NCBI GenBank assembly: GCA_031414535.1
Contig: JANNVQ010000030.1
Span: 96,001 to 160,000 of the forward strand
Length of the DNA: 64,000 nt
Source: Gemmatimonas sp.
GTDB lineage: Bacteria; Gemmatimonadota; Gemmatimonadetes; Gemmatimonadales; Gemmatimonadaceae
Reading direction: 5' to 3'
This document shows, in pieces, positions 19,026 to 28,000 of this stretch (the stretch's first letter is position 1; every line of letters starts with the position of its first letter). A program made the translations under genes and the position numbers. The notes under the pieces were generated by a model. The model saw only the letters and a list, made by a program, of their open reading frames with translations. It was not told the DNA's origin and searched no databases.

Positions 19026-19948
19026 TAGGTGAGCAACATCCGGTCCGCGAGCACGAACCCGAGAAAGGTGAGTGAGATGACGCCGTTCATTGTGAAGAAT
19101 GCCGCGTCGAGCTTGGAGAGGTCGTCCGACGACACCAACGAATGCTCGTAGGTCAGGAGCGCGCCAACCGCCGCCACGCCCGTCCACGCGAGCCAGCTCA
19201 GGCCCGCGGCCCACACCGTCGTGCCCAAGGCCAGCACCGTCAGCACGTGCAGGACACGCGCAATCACAATCGCCCGCGCGACTCCCACAGACGACGGAAT
19301 CGAATGGAGCCCCTGCGAGCGATCGAATTCAATGTCGGGCAAGGCATAGAGCACATCGAAGCCACCGCTCCAGCTCATCACACCCAGCGTGAGCGCAATG
19401 AGCATCCACCACGGACTGCTCCACACACCGGTCACGGCGAGATACCCGCCCACGGGAGCGATGGCGAGTCCGAGGCCAAGCACCAAGTGCGCATAGCGCG
19501 TGAAGCGCTTGGTGAATGAGTAAAAGCACACCCAGGCCAAGGCCAACGGCGAGAGATACAGGCAGAGCGGATTCAACTGTGCCGATGCCCACACAAACAG
19601 CCCGGCGGCCACTGCCACCGTAATCCACGCATCGCGCACCGCGATCGCACCGCGCGGAATCTCGCGCTGCTGCGTGCGCGGATTCCGCGCATCGTATTCG
19701 CGATCCACAATGCGGTTCACCGCCATCGCCACCCAGCGCGCCGAGGTGAAGGCAAGCACCACCCAGCCCAGCATCGGCCACGTGATCTCCCATTCCAAGG
19801 AGGCGATTGTCACGCCCACCAAGGCAAACGGCAGTGCGAACACCGTGTGCGGCAGCTTCACGAAGCTCATCCAGCGCGCAATGCGCCCAGGGCCCGCGAA
19901 GGTCTGGCCTTCCCTGTTCCCGCCCGAGTGCGTGGCCGTGGCGTTCAA
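19025..19948 (-). CDS. UbiA-family prenyltransferase, MqnP type (futalosine menaquinone pathway)
   Basis: KLPHTVFALPFA, NRIVDREYDARNPRT, YSFTKRFT, GFDVLYA and AFFTMNG; flanked by ubiD-like and ubiX genes. Confidence 0.88.
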   Translation of the reverse strand: MNATATHSGGNREGQTFAGPGRIARWMSFVKLPHTVFALPFALVGVTIASLEWEITWPMLGWVVLAFTSARWVAMAVNRIVDREYDARNPRTQQREIPRGAIAVRDAWITVAVAAGLFVWASAQLNPLCLYLSPLALAWVCFYSFTKRFTRYAHLVLGLGLAIAPVGGYLAVTGVWSSPWWMLIALTLGVMSWSGGFDVLYALPDIEFDRSQGLHSIPSSVGVARAIVIARVLHVLTVLALGTTVWAAGLSWLAWTGVAAVGALLTYEHSLVSSDDLSKLDAAFFTMNGVISLTFLGFVLADRMLLT

Positions 19949-21432
19949 CGCTTTTCAATCCCCAGCGAACTCCAATACGAGTTCACCTTGGCCTTGGTCT
20001 CGGCGTCCATCTCAATCACCGTCGGCCAGTTCCGCGTGAAGCCTTCCTCTGGCCACTTCTTCGTGCCATCAATGCCCATCTTCGAGCCATAGGTGAACGC
20101 GCGACTCGAGTGGTCGAGCACATCCACCGGACCCATCGTGAAGCGTGTGTCGCGCTCGGGATCAATGTTGTTAAGTGCCACCCACCATGCCTCCTGTGGG
20201 TTGCGCACATCCACCCACTCGTCCACCACCACAATCACCTTCGCGAGCGACATCAGGCCCGCACCCCAGAGCGCGTTCATCGTCTTGTACGCATGTCCGG
20301 GATACTGCTTCTTGATGCTCACGAGTACGAGATTGTGGAACACGCCTTCGGCCGGCATGTGGTAGTCAACAATTTCCGGCGTCGTCAGCTTGAGCAGCGG
20401 TAAGAAGATGCGTTCGGTGGCGTGACCGAGATAAAAATCTTCCATCGGCGGTCGGCCTACGATCGTCGCGCAGTACACGGCATTCTTGCGCATAGTCACG
20501 GCGGTGACGTGCACCCGCGGATACAGATCCGCCTCGGAGTAGTAGCCCGTGTGATCACCAAAGGGGCCTTCCGTCACCAGCGGCTCGGAGGGATTGATGT
20601 AGCCCTCAATCACGATCTCCGCATCGGCCGGTACTTCGAGGTCACAGGTCAGCGCCTTTGTGAGCTTCACCGGCGACTTGCGCAGGAAGCCCGCAAAAAT
20701 GAACTCGTCCACGTTGGGCGGGAGCGGCGCGCTCGCCGAGTACATGGATGCCGGATCTGCACCCACCACAATGCACACCGGCATCTTCTCGCCCTTCTCG
20801 GCCATTTGACGCCAATGCTCGGCGCCCGTCTTATGACGTTGCCAGTGCATGGCCACATGCTTCTTGCCCATCTGTTGCACGCGGTACATCCCCACGTTGC
20901 GAATCCCGCGCTTGGGGTCCTTGCTCACCACCGCCGTCATCGTGATGAAGGGGCCGCCGTCCTCGGGCCAGGTGGTGAGCACGGGCAGTTTGTCGAGATC
21001 AATCTCATCACCGCGCCACACAATCTCTTGGCAAGCCGGAGTGCCCGAAGCCATGCGAGGCGGGAACTTCGCCACCTCCATCAAGCGTGGCAACAACTGC
21101 AGCTTGCCGAGGAATCCCTCGGGGACCTTGAGGTCCATCAGCTTGGTGATGCGGTCTCCGTGCTCGTCGAGCTTCTCCACGCCCAGCGCCAAGGCCATGC
21201 GAGACATCGAGCCAAAAAGATTGAGCGCCGCCGGGAACTGCGAGATGCTGCCATCACGGAGCACCGGCTTCTCAAAGAGCAGCGCGGGGCCCCCTCCTGG
21301 CAGCTTCATCGCACGGTCCGAGATCTCGCACATCTCGAGATGCACCGACACGGGTTGCTTTACACGGACCAGCTCACCGCGCGCTTCGATGGCGGCGATG
21401 AAGTCCTGAAGAGTATCGAGCGTTTGGGTCAC
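19945..21432 (-). CDS. UbiD-family menaquinone biosynthesis decarboxylase (MqnL type)
   Basis: GGGPALLFE, RNVGMYR, EGPFGDHTGYY, GRPPMED and GSKMGIDGT motifs. Confidence 0.92.
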   Translation of the reverse strand: MTQTLDTLQDFIAAIEARGELVRVKQPVSVHLEMCEISDRAMKLPGGGPALLFEKPVLRDGSISQFPAALNLFGSMSRMALALGVEKLDEHGDRITKLMDLKVPEGFLGKLQLLPRLMEVAKFPPRMASGTPACQEIVWRGDEIDLDKLPVLTTWPEDGGPFITMTAVVSKDPKRGIRNVGMYRVQQMGKKHVAMHWQRHKTGAEHWRQMAEKGEKMPVCIVVGADPASMYSASAPLPPNVDEFIFAGFLRKSPVKLTKALTCDLEVPADAEIVIEGYINPSEPLVTEGPFGDHTGYYSEADLYPRVHVTAVTMRKNAVYCATIVGRPPMEDFYLGHATERIFLPLLKLTTPEIVDYHMPAEGVFHNLVLVSIKKQYPGHAYKTMNALWGAGLMSLAKVIVVVDEWVDVRNPQEAWWVALNNIDPERDTRFTMGPVDVLDHSSRAFTYGSKMGIDGTKKWPEEGFTRNWPTVIEMDAETKAKVNSYWSSLGIEKR

Positions 21433-21455
21433 AGCAGGGGGAATTGGTTCGAGTC

Positions 21456-22211
21456 TTACTTGGTGCCGACGTGCAGAGCAGAAATGCCGAAGGTCAGCGT
21501 TTCCCAGCTAACATCGCGAAAGCCCGCAGCGGTCATGGCCGCCGCGAGCTTCTCCGTCTCCGGGAAATTCGCCACCGAGCGCGGCAAATACGTGTACGCC
21601 GTACGATGGCCGCTGATGAGCCGGCCAACAAGCGGCAGAATATTGTGGAAGTAGAACAGGTAGGCGGCGCGGACAAGCGGCACCCGTGGCGTGGAAAATT
21701 CGAGAATCACGAAGCGCGCGCCTGGCTTCAGCACCCGGTGCACTTCGCGCAAACCCGCACCCAAGTCAGCCACGTTGCGAATGCCGAAGGCCACGATGGC
21801 GCCGTCAAACGAGCCGGAGCGCAGCGGCAACGCCATGGCGTCTGCCACGACCGGAACCAGCACGTCTCGTGAGGCCTTGCCCACCCCAGCGGCCAGCATG
21901 GGCTGCGCGAAGTCCGCACCCACAATCTTGCCAGCGAAGCCAAGTTGCCGCGAAAGCTCCGCGCCCACATCGAGCGTGCCCGCGCAAAGATCTAGGTAGA
22001 TGCCGCGCGGAGTCTCGGCCCACCCGAGGCGCTGCAAGGCCACCTTCCGCCACCGGCGATCGATGCCCAGCGAGAGAAGGCGGTTCAGTAAGTCATAGCG
22101 TGGCGCGATTTCGGAGAAGATACGCTGCACATATGTGCGCTTCCCCTGCACCGACGCGCCCTCGGCGGCGGCGTCTGCCTCGCGCGCCTCGTGGTCGAGC
22201 GCTGTCGTCAT
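21456..22211 (-). CDS. menG: demethylmenaquinone methyltransferase (UbiE/MenG)
   Basis: FSEIAPRYDLLNRLLSLGIDRRWR, LDLCAGT, AFGIRNV and RVLKPG motifs. Confidence 0.92.
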   Translation of the reverse strand: MTTALDHEAREADAAAEGASVQGKRTYVQRIFSEIAPRYDLLNRLLSLGIDRRWRKVALQRLGWAETPRGIYLDLCAGTLDVGAELSRQLGFAGKIVGADFAQPMLAAGVGKASRDVLVPVVADAMALPLRSGSFDGAIVAFGIRNVADLGAGLREVHRVLKPGARFVILEFSTPRVPLVRAAYLFYFHNILPLVGRLISGHRTAYTYLPRSVANFPETEKLAAAMTAAGFRDVSWETLTFGISALHVGTK

Positions 22212-22264
22212 AGAAATGAAAGTTGCCCGAGTGCAGTACGCTGGGCAAGTTTCTGTCCAGCTAA

Positions 22265-22870
22265 ATGGCACGCCCCACCCTCGATCTCCCTAATCTCCCC
22301 GACGCGGACGTCGTCAGCGTCGCGCAGCGTGGCAACGAGGGCGCGTTCCGCGAGTTGATCCGTCGCTACGAGCGGCCGGTCTTCTCGTTGATTTATCGTA
22401 TGGTGCGGGACAGCGCCACCGCCGAGGATCTCTCGCAGGACGCCTTCATTAAGGTCCTGAACAACCTCGACAAGTACCGGCCCGAGTTCAAATTCTCGAG
22501 CTGGCTGTTCAAAATCGCCAACAACGTGGCCATCGACGCGCTGCGCAAGCGCCAGCTGGACACCATCTCCATGGATGGCTCGCCCCATGCCGGCTCAGCA
22601 TCCGAGGTGGAAGCCTCGCGGTTTGAGCTCTCGGATGGCGCCGAATCCCCTCTGGACGAGCTGGCCTCGCGCGAACTCGGCGAGATCATCGAGCAAGCCA
22701 TCGCCCAGCTCCGCCCCGAGTACCGGAACTGCATCATGCTCCGCCACGTAGAGGGGCGCAGCTACGAAGAAATCGCGGCAACGCTCGATCTGCCGCTCGG
22801 GACGGTGAAGACGTACATCCACAGAGCGAGACACCAGTTACGGGAAGCTTTGGAGCATTTACGTGAATGA
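22265..22870 (+). CDS. ECF RNA polymerase sigma factor (SigW/RpoE-like)
   Basis: AEDLSQDAFIK, FSSWLFKIANN..ID, and region 4 SYEEIAATLDLPLGTVKTYIHRAR. Confidence 0.95.
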   Translation: MARPTLDLPNLPDADVVSVAQRGNEGAFRELIRRYERPVFSLIYRMVRDSATAEDLSQDAFIKVLNNLDKYRPEFKFSSWLFKIANNVAIDALRKRQLDTISMDGSPHAGSASEVEASRFELSDGAESPLDELASRELGEIIEQAIAQLRPEYRNCIMLRHVEGRSYEEIAATLDLPLGTVKTYIHRARHQLREALEHLRE

Positions 22871-22874
22871 GGTT

Positions 22875-22981
22875 TGGACGGATGACGGATGCTGAACAGC
22901 TAAAACCTGGCATCCGAACAAATACCGAATCTTGGGCCAATTCTCGCCCGCCGTTTGCATCCGTCATCCGTCTTCCGTCCA
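22875..22981. repeat. inverted-repeat cassette with GACGGAT heptamer arms (family B, copy 1)
   Basis: Left arm TGGACGGATGACGGATGC, right arm GCATCCGTCATCCGTCTTCCGTCCA, about 64 nt spacer. Confidence 0.8.
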
Positions 22982-22993
22982 GTTGAACCCGCT

Positions 22994-23020
22994 TGAAACC
23001 AGCAAGAACGCTCCTCCGTA
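22994..23020 (+). promoter_or_regulatory. putative ECF (SigW-type) promoter for the anti-sigma gene
   Basis: TGAAAC-N17-CGTA ending 20 nt before the anti-sigma ATG. Confidence 0.6.
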
Positions 23021-23040
23021 CAGCCCCACAGGAGACCCCA

Positions 23041-23610
23041 ATGCACCACCGTCACTTACTTCCCCAAGAGCTCGACCTTCTCGTCGATGGCGACGCCGGC
23101 TTTGGCCAGGCGCCGCTAAAAGCGCATGTCGAGACCTGCAGCGAGTGCCTCGCGCGACTCGCGGAACTGCAGGCCGTCGCGGGGCAGTTGGACGCCCTTC
23201 CCCACTTTGCCCCGCGGCACGGCTTCGCCGACCGCGTGATGACCAACGTTCAGGTGATCGAGCCTTGGTACGTAGCGCTTGCCGAATCGGCCCAGCGCCT
23301 CGTGCCCGCGAGCACTGAGATGCGGGTTCTGGCAGCGGTGGGTGCGGGAATCACAGCCACGACCATTTCTGGTGCGGCACTGTGGTTGGCGTTTCGGGCA
23401 AATCTCCTAGGCTGGAGCGCCGGCGCGGCGCTTGAGCAGGGTGGTCGCGGAGTGTGGGGCAGCGTCGCTGCCGGTGCTCGCGCGATGGCAGGGGCGCTGG
23501 GTGACGGCACGACCGTCGCCGCAGGTGCAGCGGCCCTCGCCGGTACGGCAATCGTCGCCGTGCTCGCCTTCCGCCGGCTGGCTGCGGCGGCTCGCGCAAA
23601 TCGGGGCTAG
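23041..23610 (+). CDS. membrane anti-sigma factor (zf-HC2, RsiW-like)
   Basis: HVETCSEC (HxxxCxxC) motif, FADRVM, C-terminal TM segments; AGGAG ribosome-binding site; follows the ECF sigma gene. Confidence 0.88.
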   Translation: MHHRHLLPQELDLLVDGDAGFGQAPLKAHVETCSECLARLAELQAVAGQLDALPHFAPRHGFADRVMTNVQVIEPWYVALAESAQRLVPASTEMRVLAAVGAGITATTISGAALWLAFRANLLGWSAGAALEQGGRGVWGSVAAGARAMAGALGDGTTVAAGAAALAGTAIVAVLAFRRLAAAARANRG

Positions 23611-23613
23611 CCC

Positions 23614-24681
23614 ATGCGTCTTCTTCTCACAGCAGCAGTCGCGCTCCTACTCGGAAGCGCTCCCGGCGCACATGCTCAGGTGAGCACTGCCGCCCTCGAT
23701 GACTCCACCACCCAAGCGTTGCGCGCCCTCGGCATTTCTGGAGACGGCGTGGAATTTCGCGGGTTCTATAAAGTGAGCGAGACGGCCACCGTCGCCGCCG
23801 GTGACACCGTGCGCGGTCCCGTGCTCGTGCTCCGTGGCGATGCCGACATCCGCGGCACGGTACTCGGCAATGTGGCCGCTCTTTTTGGTGACGTCATCGT
23901 GCGCGATGGCGGCGATGTGCATGGTTCTGCGGCCGCATACCGCGGACGCGTGATCATCGAAGGCGGCCGAGTGCGTGGGCCGCTGGGGGCACGCCCCGTG
24001 GCCGTCGCCGAAGCCAGCAAACCACCGCGGAGCACCGCCGAGGCGCTCACGCTCGCCGGTGGTTGGGGCGCGATGATTCTCATCGTTGGCCTGCTCGCGC
24101 TCGTGCTGGCCGGACCGCAGCTCGATGAGACGGCGCGCTTGCTCGAGCAGAGTTTCTCCAAGGCCTTCTTTGTGGGGGTGGCCGCGGAGATTGGGTTTCT
24201 GCCCGTATTGCTCTTTGTGGTCGTCGCGCTCGCCGTGACCGTCGTGGGAATTCTCTTGATCCCGTTCGCGCTGGTCGCCGCGCCGGTGGCGCTCGCGGGG
24301 CTCGTCACGCTCGGGTGGTTGGCCGCGGCGCTTCTCATTGGACGTGCGGCGTTCAAGGGCAGCGTCGGCAACGACCGGAGCGCATTGATTCGCGCGCTCA
24401 TCCCCGGCGCAGTGGTGCTCTTCGCGCCGTGGGTCCTTGCGGCCGCGCTGCAGAGCTCCGGTGGCACAGCCCTCATCGTGCGCGTGGTAGCCTTCGGCAT
24501 CAGCTGGGTGGCAGCCACCGCCGGACTCGGCGCCGTGATTCTCGTGCGCGCGTCGGCTACGCGGAAGTCTGGCAAGCCAGCAGCGTCTGCCGGAGGCTGG
24601 CAAACGCCCACACCAATTGGCGGCATCGCCACCGCGCGTCGTCCGGTCCCTGCGCGTCCCGAGGCTTCAGCAAAGAGCTGA
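23614..24681 (+). CDS. bactofilin-like beta-helix protein fused to a multi-TM domain
   Basis: Signal peptide; V.G/GD repeats (GDTVRGPVLVLRGDADIRGTVLGNVAALFGDVIV) followed by about 5 TM helices. Confidence 0.7.
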   Translation: MRLLLTAAVALLLGSAPGAHAQVSTAALDDSTTQALRALGISGDGVEFRGFYKVSETATVAAGDTVRGPVLVLRGDADIRGTVLGNVAALFGDVIVRDGGDVHGSAAAYRGRVIIEGGRVRGPLGARPVAVAEASKPPRSTAEALTLAGGWGAMILIVGLLALVLAGPQLDETARLLEQSFSKAFFVGVAAEIGFLPVLLFVVVALAVTVVGILLIPFALVAAPVALAGLVTLGWLAAALLIGRAAFKGSVGNDRSALIRALIPGAVVLFAPWVLAAALQSSGGTALIVRVVAFGISWVAATAGLGAVILVRASATRKSGKPAASAGGWQTPTPIGGIATARRPVPARPEASAKS

Positions 24682-24687
24682 ATGGCC

Positions 24688-24828
24688 TCACCACGGAGGC
24701 ACAGAGGCACGGAGGCTGCTGGAGCAAATGATTAGGGGGCTCGAACCGAAATGTCGGCGCGAGCCCCCTTCACATGCAGTTGCAGTTCTGGCAGTTGAAG
24801 TCTCCGTGACTCCGTGCCTCCGTGGTGA
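24688..24828. repeat. inverted-repeat cassette with CACGGAGGC nonamer arms (family A, copy 1)
   Basis: TCACCACGGAGGCACAGAGGCACGGAG ... CTCCGTGACTCCGTGCCTCCGTGGTGA (27-bp arms, 2 mismatches); inner hairpin AGGGGGCTCG/CGAGCCCCCT. Confidence 0.85.
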
Positions 24829-24836
24829 ATAGCAGT

Positions 24837-25976
24837 TCACCCAGTCGGCGCACCAATCCCACAAGCGGCCACAAGCTTATTGGCGACTTCAACGAGCTTC
24901 TTCGCCGCGGTGGAACCGGCCCCGCTCACGACGATTGGTGAGCCTCGGTCCGCGCCCTCAAGGACCGGCGGGTAGAGCGGGATTTCGCCAAGTAGCGGCA
25001 CCTCGAGCTCATCCGCGAGCCGCTTGCCGCCGCCGGTGCCGAAGATGGCCATCGGCTTCCCCGTCTCTGGGGACTCGAAGTAGCTCATGTTCTCCACCAC
25101 GCCGAATACGGGCACGCCCACGCGCTGAAACATCTTGGCACCACGCAAGGCATCGCCGACGGAGACTTCCTGCGGTGTGGTGACAATCACCGCGCCCGCC
25201 ACCTGCGTTGCCTGTACCAGGGAGAGCTGTGCATCGCCGGTGCCTGGGGGCATATCCACCAACAAGAAGTCGAGACGACCCCAGTTCACGTCGCGCAAAA
25301 ACTGCGTGATGATCTTCATCACGATGGGACCACGCCAGATGGCCGGCTGATCGCGCTCAATGAGGAATCCCAGCGAGATGATCTTCACGCCGTGCGCCAT
25401 GAGCGGCTGGATTTTGTCGTCTACCACCGGCGGCGCTTCGTCCACGCCCATCATCCGCGGGATGTTCGGTCCATAGATATCGGCGTCCATCAGGCCCACG
25501 TGGTAACCCATCTGAGCGAGCGAAATCGCCAAGTTCGTGGTGACAGTGCTCTTGCCGACGCCGCCCTTGCCGGAACTCACGGCGATGATGCGTCCGAGCT
25601 GCGGATAAGTGACGGGTTGGGGCGCGGCTGGCGTCTGCGCCTTGGGCGGTTCCCCAATTACGGGAAGTGAGCGCGGCTTGGACACGTGGCCCGGCTTGGC
25701 GGGGGGGGCGTAGCTGTCGCCTGAGGTTGGCTCAGTGGCGTCCTTCACGTCCACGCGGACCTCGGTGACCCCGTCCACCCTCTCGAGCGCCTGACGCACT
25801 TGGCGTGCGAGTGTGGGGTCGTCCTGGGCGGCAAGCAGCAGGGTGACGCGAACCTTGCCGTCCTTGGTGGCCGCGATATCGCGGACCTGCTGCGTGGAGT
25901 AGAGCGAGGCGCCGGTGCGGGGATTGGCAATCGGGGCGAGCGCCTCGGCGAGGCGTGCCTGGAGCGTATCAGTCAT
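24837..25976 (-). CDS. mrp: Mrp/NBP35 (ApbC) Fe-S cluster carrier ATPase
   Basis: SGKGGVGKST, DADIYGPNIP, WRGP, DMPPGTGD, TTPQ and ENMS motifs. Confidence 0.95.
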   Translation of the reverse strand: MTDTLQARLAEALAPIANPRTGASLYSTQQVRDIAATKDGKVRVTLLLAAQDDPTLARQVRQALERVDGVTEVRVDVKDATEPTSGDSYAPPAKPGHVSKPRSLPVIGEPPKAQTPAAPQPVTYPQLGRIIAVSSGKGGVGKSTVTTNLAISLAQMGYHVGLMDADIYGPNIPRMMGVDEAPPVVDDKIQPLMAHGVKIISLGFLIERDQPAIWRGPIVMKIITQFLRDVNWGRLDFLLVDMPPGTGDAQLSLVQATQVAGAVIVTTPQEVSVGDALRGAKMFQRVGVPVFGVVENMSYFESPETGKPMAIFGTGGGKRLADELEVPLLGEIPLYPPVLEGADRGSPIVVSGAGSTAAKKLVEVANKLVAACGIGAPTG

Positions 25977-25989
25977 GTGGGGGAAATCG

Positions 25990-26027
25990 AGAGGGCCTAC
26001 CCTTCGTTCCTGAAGGATAGGCCCTCT
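25990..26027 (-). terminator. stem-loop downstream of the pilin operon
   Basis: AGAGGGCCTACCCTTC ... GAAGGATAGGCCCTCT inverted repeat; no clear U-tract. Confidence 0.5.
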
Positions 26028-26048
26028 GGGTCCCGCCTCAAAGCGGAA

Positions 26049-27188
26049 TCAGTATGCTGGGAAGGAATTTGCCCAGGAATTCTCGTAGGCGCGAAGACCG
26101 CCGCCACTCATGCTCTGTAGCGACTTGGTGACGAGGCAGGAGTTGTAGAGGAACTTCTTGGTGCCTGAGAGTTCAGTCACCTCGTTCTGACCCACGTTGT
26201 AGCCGAGCTTGAGATTGAGGCCTGTAATCGAGGCGCCGCGGATCTGGTTACCGCCCGAGGACCTCAGACTACCACCCACCATGACGATTCCATCCCATCC
26301 ACCCGTGTTGCCTTTGAACCAGACCGAGCCGAAGACGATGAGGGTTCCGCGTCCAAAAACTTCGATGACGAATACCGTCTCCGGATCCGGCCCGTTGCGT
26401 ACGATGATGGTTGGATATCTGGTGGTGTCGGCGTCAAACCACGCCTGCGTTGGAAATCCAACGCCGGCCGCGGTCACGCTGAAGTCCGGCGTAATCAAAT
26501 TATCGTAAACGATGCCGCTCCAATTAATTGGGACGGCGGCGGCGGCGGCCGTTTCCGTGGCGCCGACGTAGGCGATTTTAGGGGTGCCTACCAAGGGCGT
26601 CGTAGAGCCAGAGTAACCCGGCACCAGTGGCACCGCGACGGCTGGCAAGGTCGCCTTGCCGCCACCGTCGGCAGCGCCACAATTATCAACGCCGGAGATT
26701 TCACCAGAAGAGCCAGACTTGTTGATGCCGTTAGCGCTCGTGAGCGAGGACTGCACCGTCAGGTTGATAGTGGAGAACGTCCCGAACCCCGTTGAGAACG
26801 CCACCGCGTTCCCGGCGTTGGCGCTACCCGTGCGAGTACGCACGCCCCGCGAACGGACGTAGTACAGTCCGGGAACGGTGGTACCCACCGGCGCCCGCAA
26901 CCGCGTGGTAATGACGTCCGCATATCCGCCCGCCAGCGTGATGCGACCTGAATCGCTCGTGGTGGGGAGCGAGCCCAGGCCCAATCCCGCGCGGTTCTGG
27001 AAGCCCTGTTGCAAACCCGTCTCGGCCAGCGCCTGCGCCGCCTGCTGCTGCAACACGGCATCGTCGGCCGCTCGCTCGCTGCGCACCATCGCGAAGCCAG
27101 ACGCCAATGCACCGACCAAGAGGAACATTGCGAGGATGACGACGGGGAGAGCGAACCCTCCGCGGGATTTTACGAGCCTGTTTGTCAT
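26049..27188 (-). CDS. PilX-like type IV minor pilin
   Basis: Prepilin site RGG|FALPVVI without Glu5; AQALAETGL motif. Confidence 0.8.
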   Translation of the reverse strand: MTNRLVKSRGGFALPVVILAMFLLVGALASGFAMVRSERAADDAVLQQQAAQALAETGLQQGFQNRAGLGLGSLPTTSDSGRITLAGGYADVITTRLRAPVGTTVPGLYYVRSRGVRTRTGSANAGNAVAFSTGFGTFSTINLTVQSSLTSANGINKSGSSGEISGVDNCGAADGGGKATLPAVAVPLVPGYSGSTTPLVGTPKIAYVGATETAAAAAVPINWSGIVYDNLITPDFSVTAAGVGFPTQAWFDADTTRYPTIIVRNGPDPETVFVIEVFGRGTLIVFGSVWFKGNTGGWDGIVMVGGSLRSSGGNQIRGASITGLNLKLGYNVGQNEVTELSGTKKFLYNSCLVTKSLQSMSGGGLRAYENSWANSFPAY

Positions 27189-27190
27189 AA

Positions 27191-28000
27191 TCACTGCACC
27201 GCGTTGCGGAAGAAGATGGAGACGCGCTGGAGTGATTCCTCAGGCGCAGTTCTCCCAGGCGAAGTCCGCTCACTTTCGCCGTAAATCAAGATCTCTAGGC
27301 CGCGCATCGTATTGAGCGGCGAGGGCACCGTCGTGGACGAGGCCGTGCCCGTGGTGTAAAAGTTGAATCGCGAGGCTGTATCCAGGGGCACTGCCACTTC
27401 TTCGGCCGCCGCCGACCCCGCTTGGCGCCACAGCGCGCGGCGGCCCGGCACCAACGTGGAGGTCGCGAACTTGTATGTGACCGTCTGCCAGATGAAGAAC
27501 GGCGCCGAGGGTGCCAGCGCACCCATGGCCGGCACCACCGTGTAAATGGTCCCACCGGGAATCTTGGCAAGGCCCACGCCCGTGCAGAGCGCGTCGGCGC
27601 CGACCGACAACGCGGATGTGCCAGTGACGTAGGTGTACGCCGAGTTCGCTGTGGTGTCGCGCCATGCGTAGCCGCCATACTGTGCCGTGGCCAATGTCAG
27701 CGAGTCCGTAGGCACGAACATCGCCGAGCTTGCGGAACAGTAGAGACCCATAAGGTAGGGCAAGCGAATCGTGACTGAGTCGCGCGTGGCCGCAAGCACG
27801 CCCGCGGGTTCCGCCATACGCAACTCGGAGCGCGTCAGGTTGAGCGCGTTGCGCGATACCGATCGCGCGTCACGTGCCGCGCTGCCGCGCGCAAAAAAGC
27901 GTAGCTGCGAGCTCAGCATGCGCGTGATGCCAACGCCAACGATGCCGAGTAGCACGATGGCGAGGAGGACTTCGATGAGTGTGAGGCCGCGGCGTCGCAT
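27191..28000 (-). CDS. PilW-like type IV minor pilin
   Basis: RRG|LTLIEVLLAI prepilin motif, SELRMA, C-terminal FRN. Confidence 0.82.
   Translation of the reverse strand: MRRRGLTLIEVLLAIVLLGIVGVGITRMLSSQLRFFARGSAARDARSVSRNALNLTRSELRMAEPAGVLAATRDSVTIRLPYLMGLYCSASSAMFVPTDSLTLATAQYGGYAWRDTTANSAYTYVTGTSALSVGADALCTGVGLAKIPGGTIYTVVPAMGALAPSAPFFIWQTVTYKFATSTLVPGRRALWRQAGSAAAEEVAVPLDTASRFNFYTTGTASSTTVPSPLNTMRGLEILIYGESERTSPGRTAPEESLQRVSIFFRNAVQ

Noticed and set aside
24688..24828. Repeat cassettes as CRISPR arrays
   Set aside because: The repeats are inverted arms, not direct repeats with regular unique spacers, and no cas genes are present.
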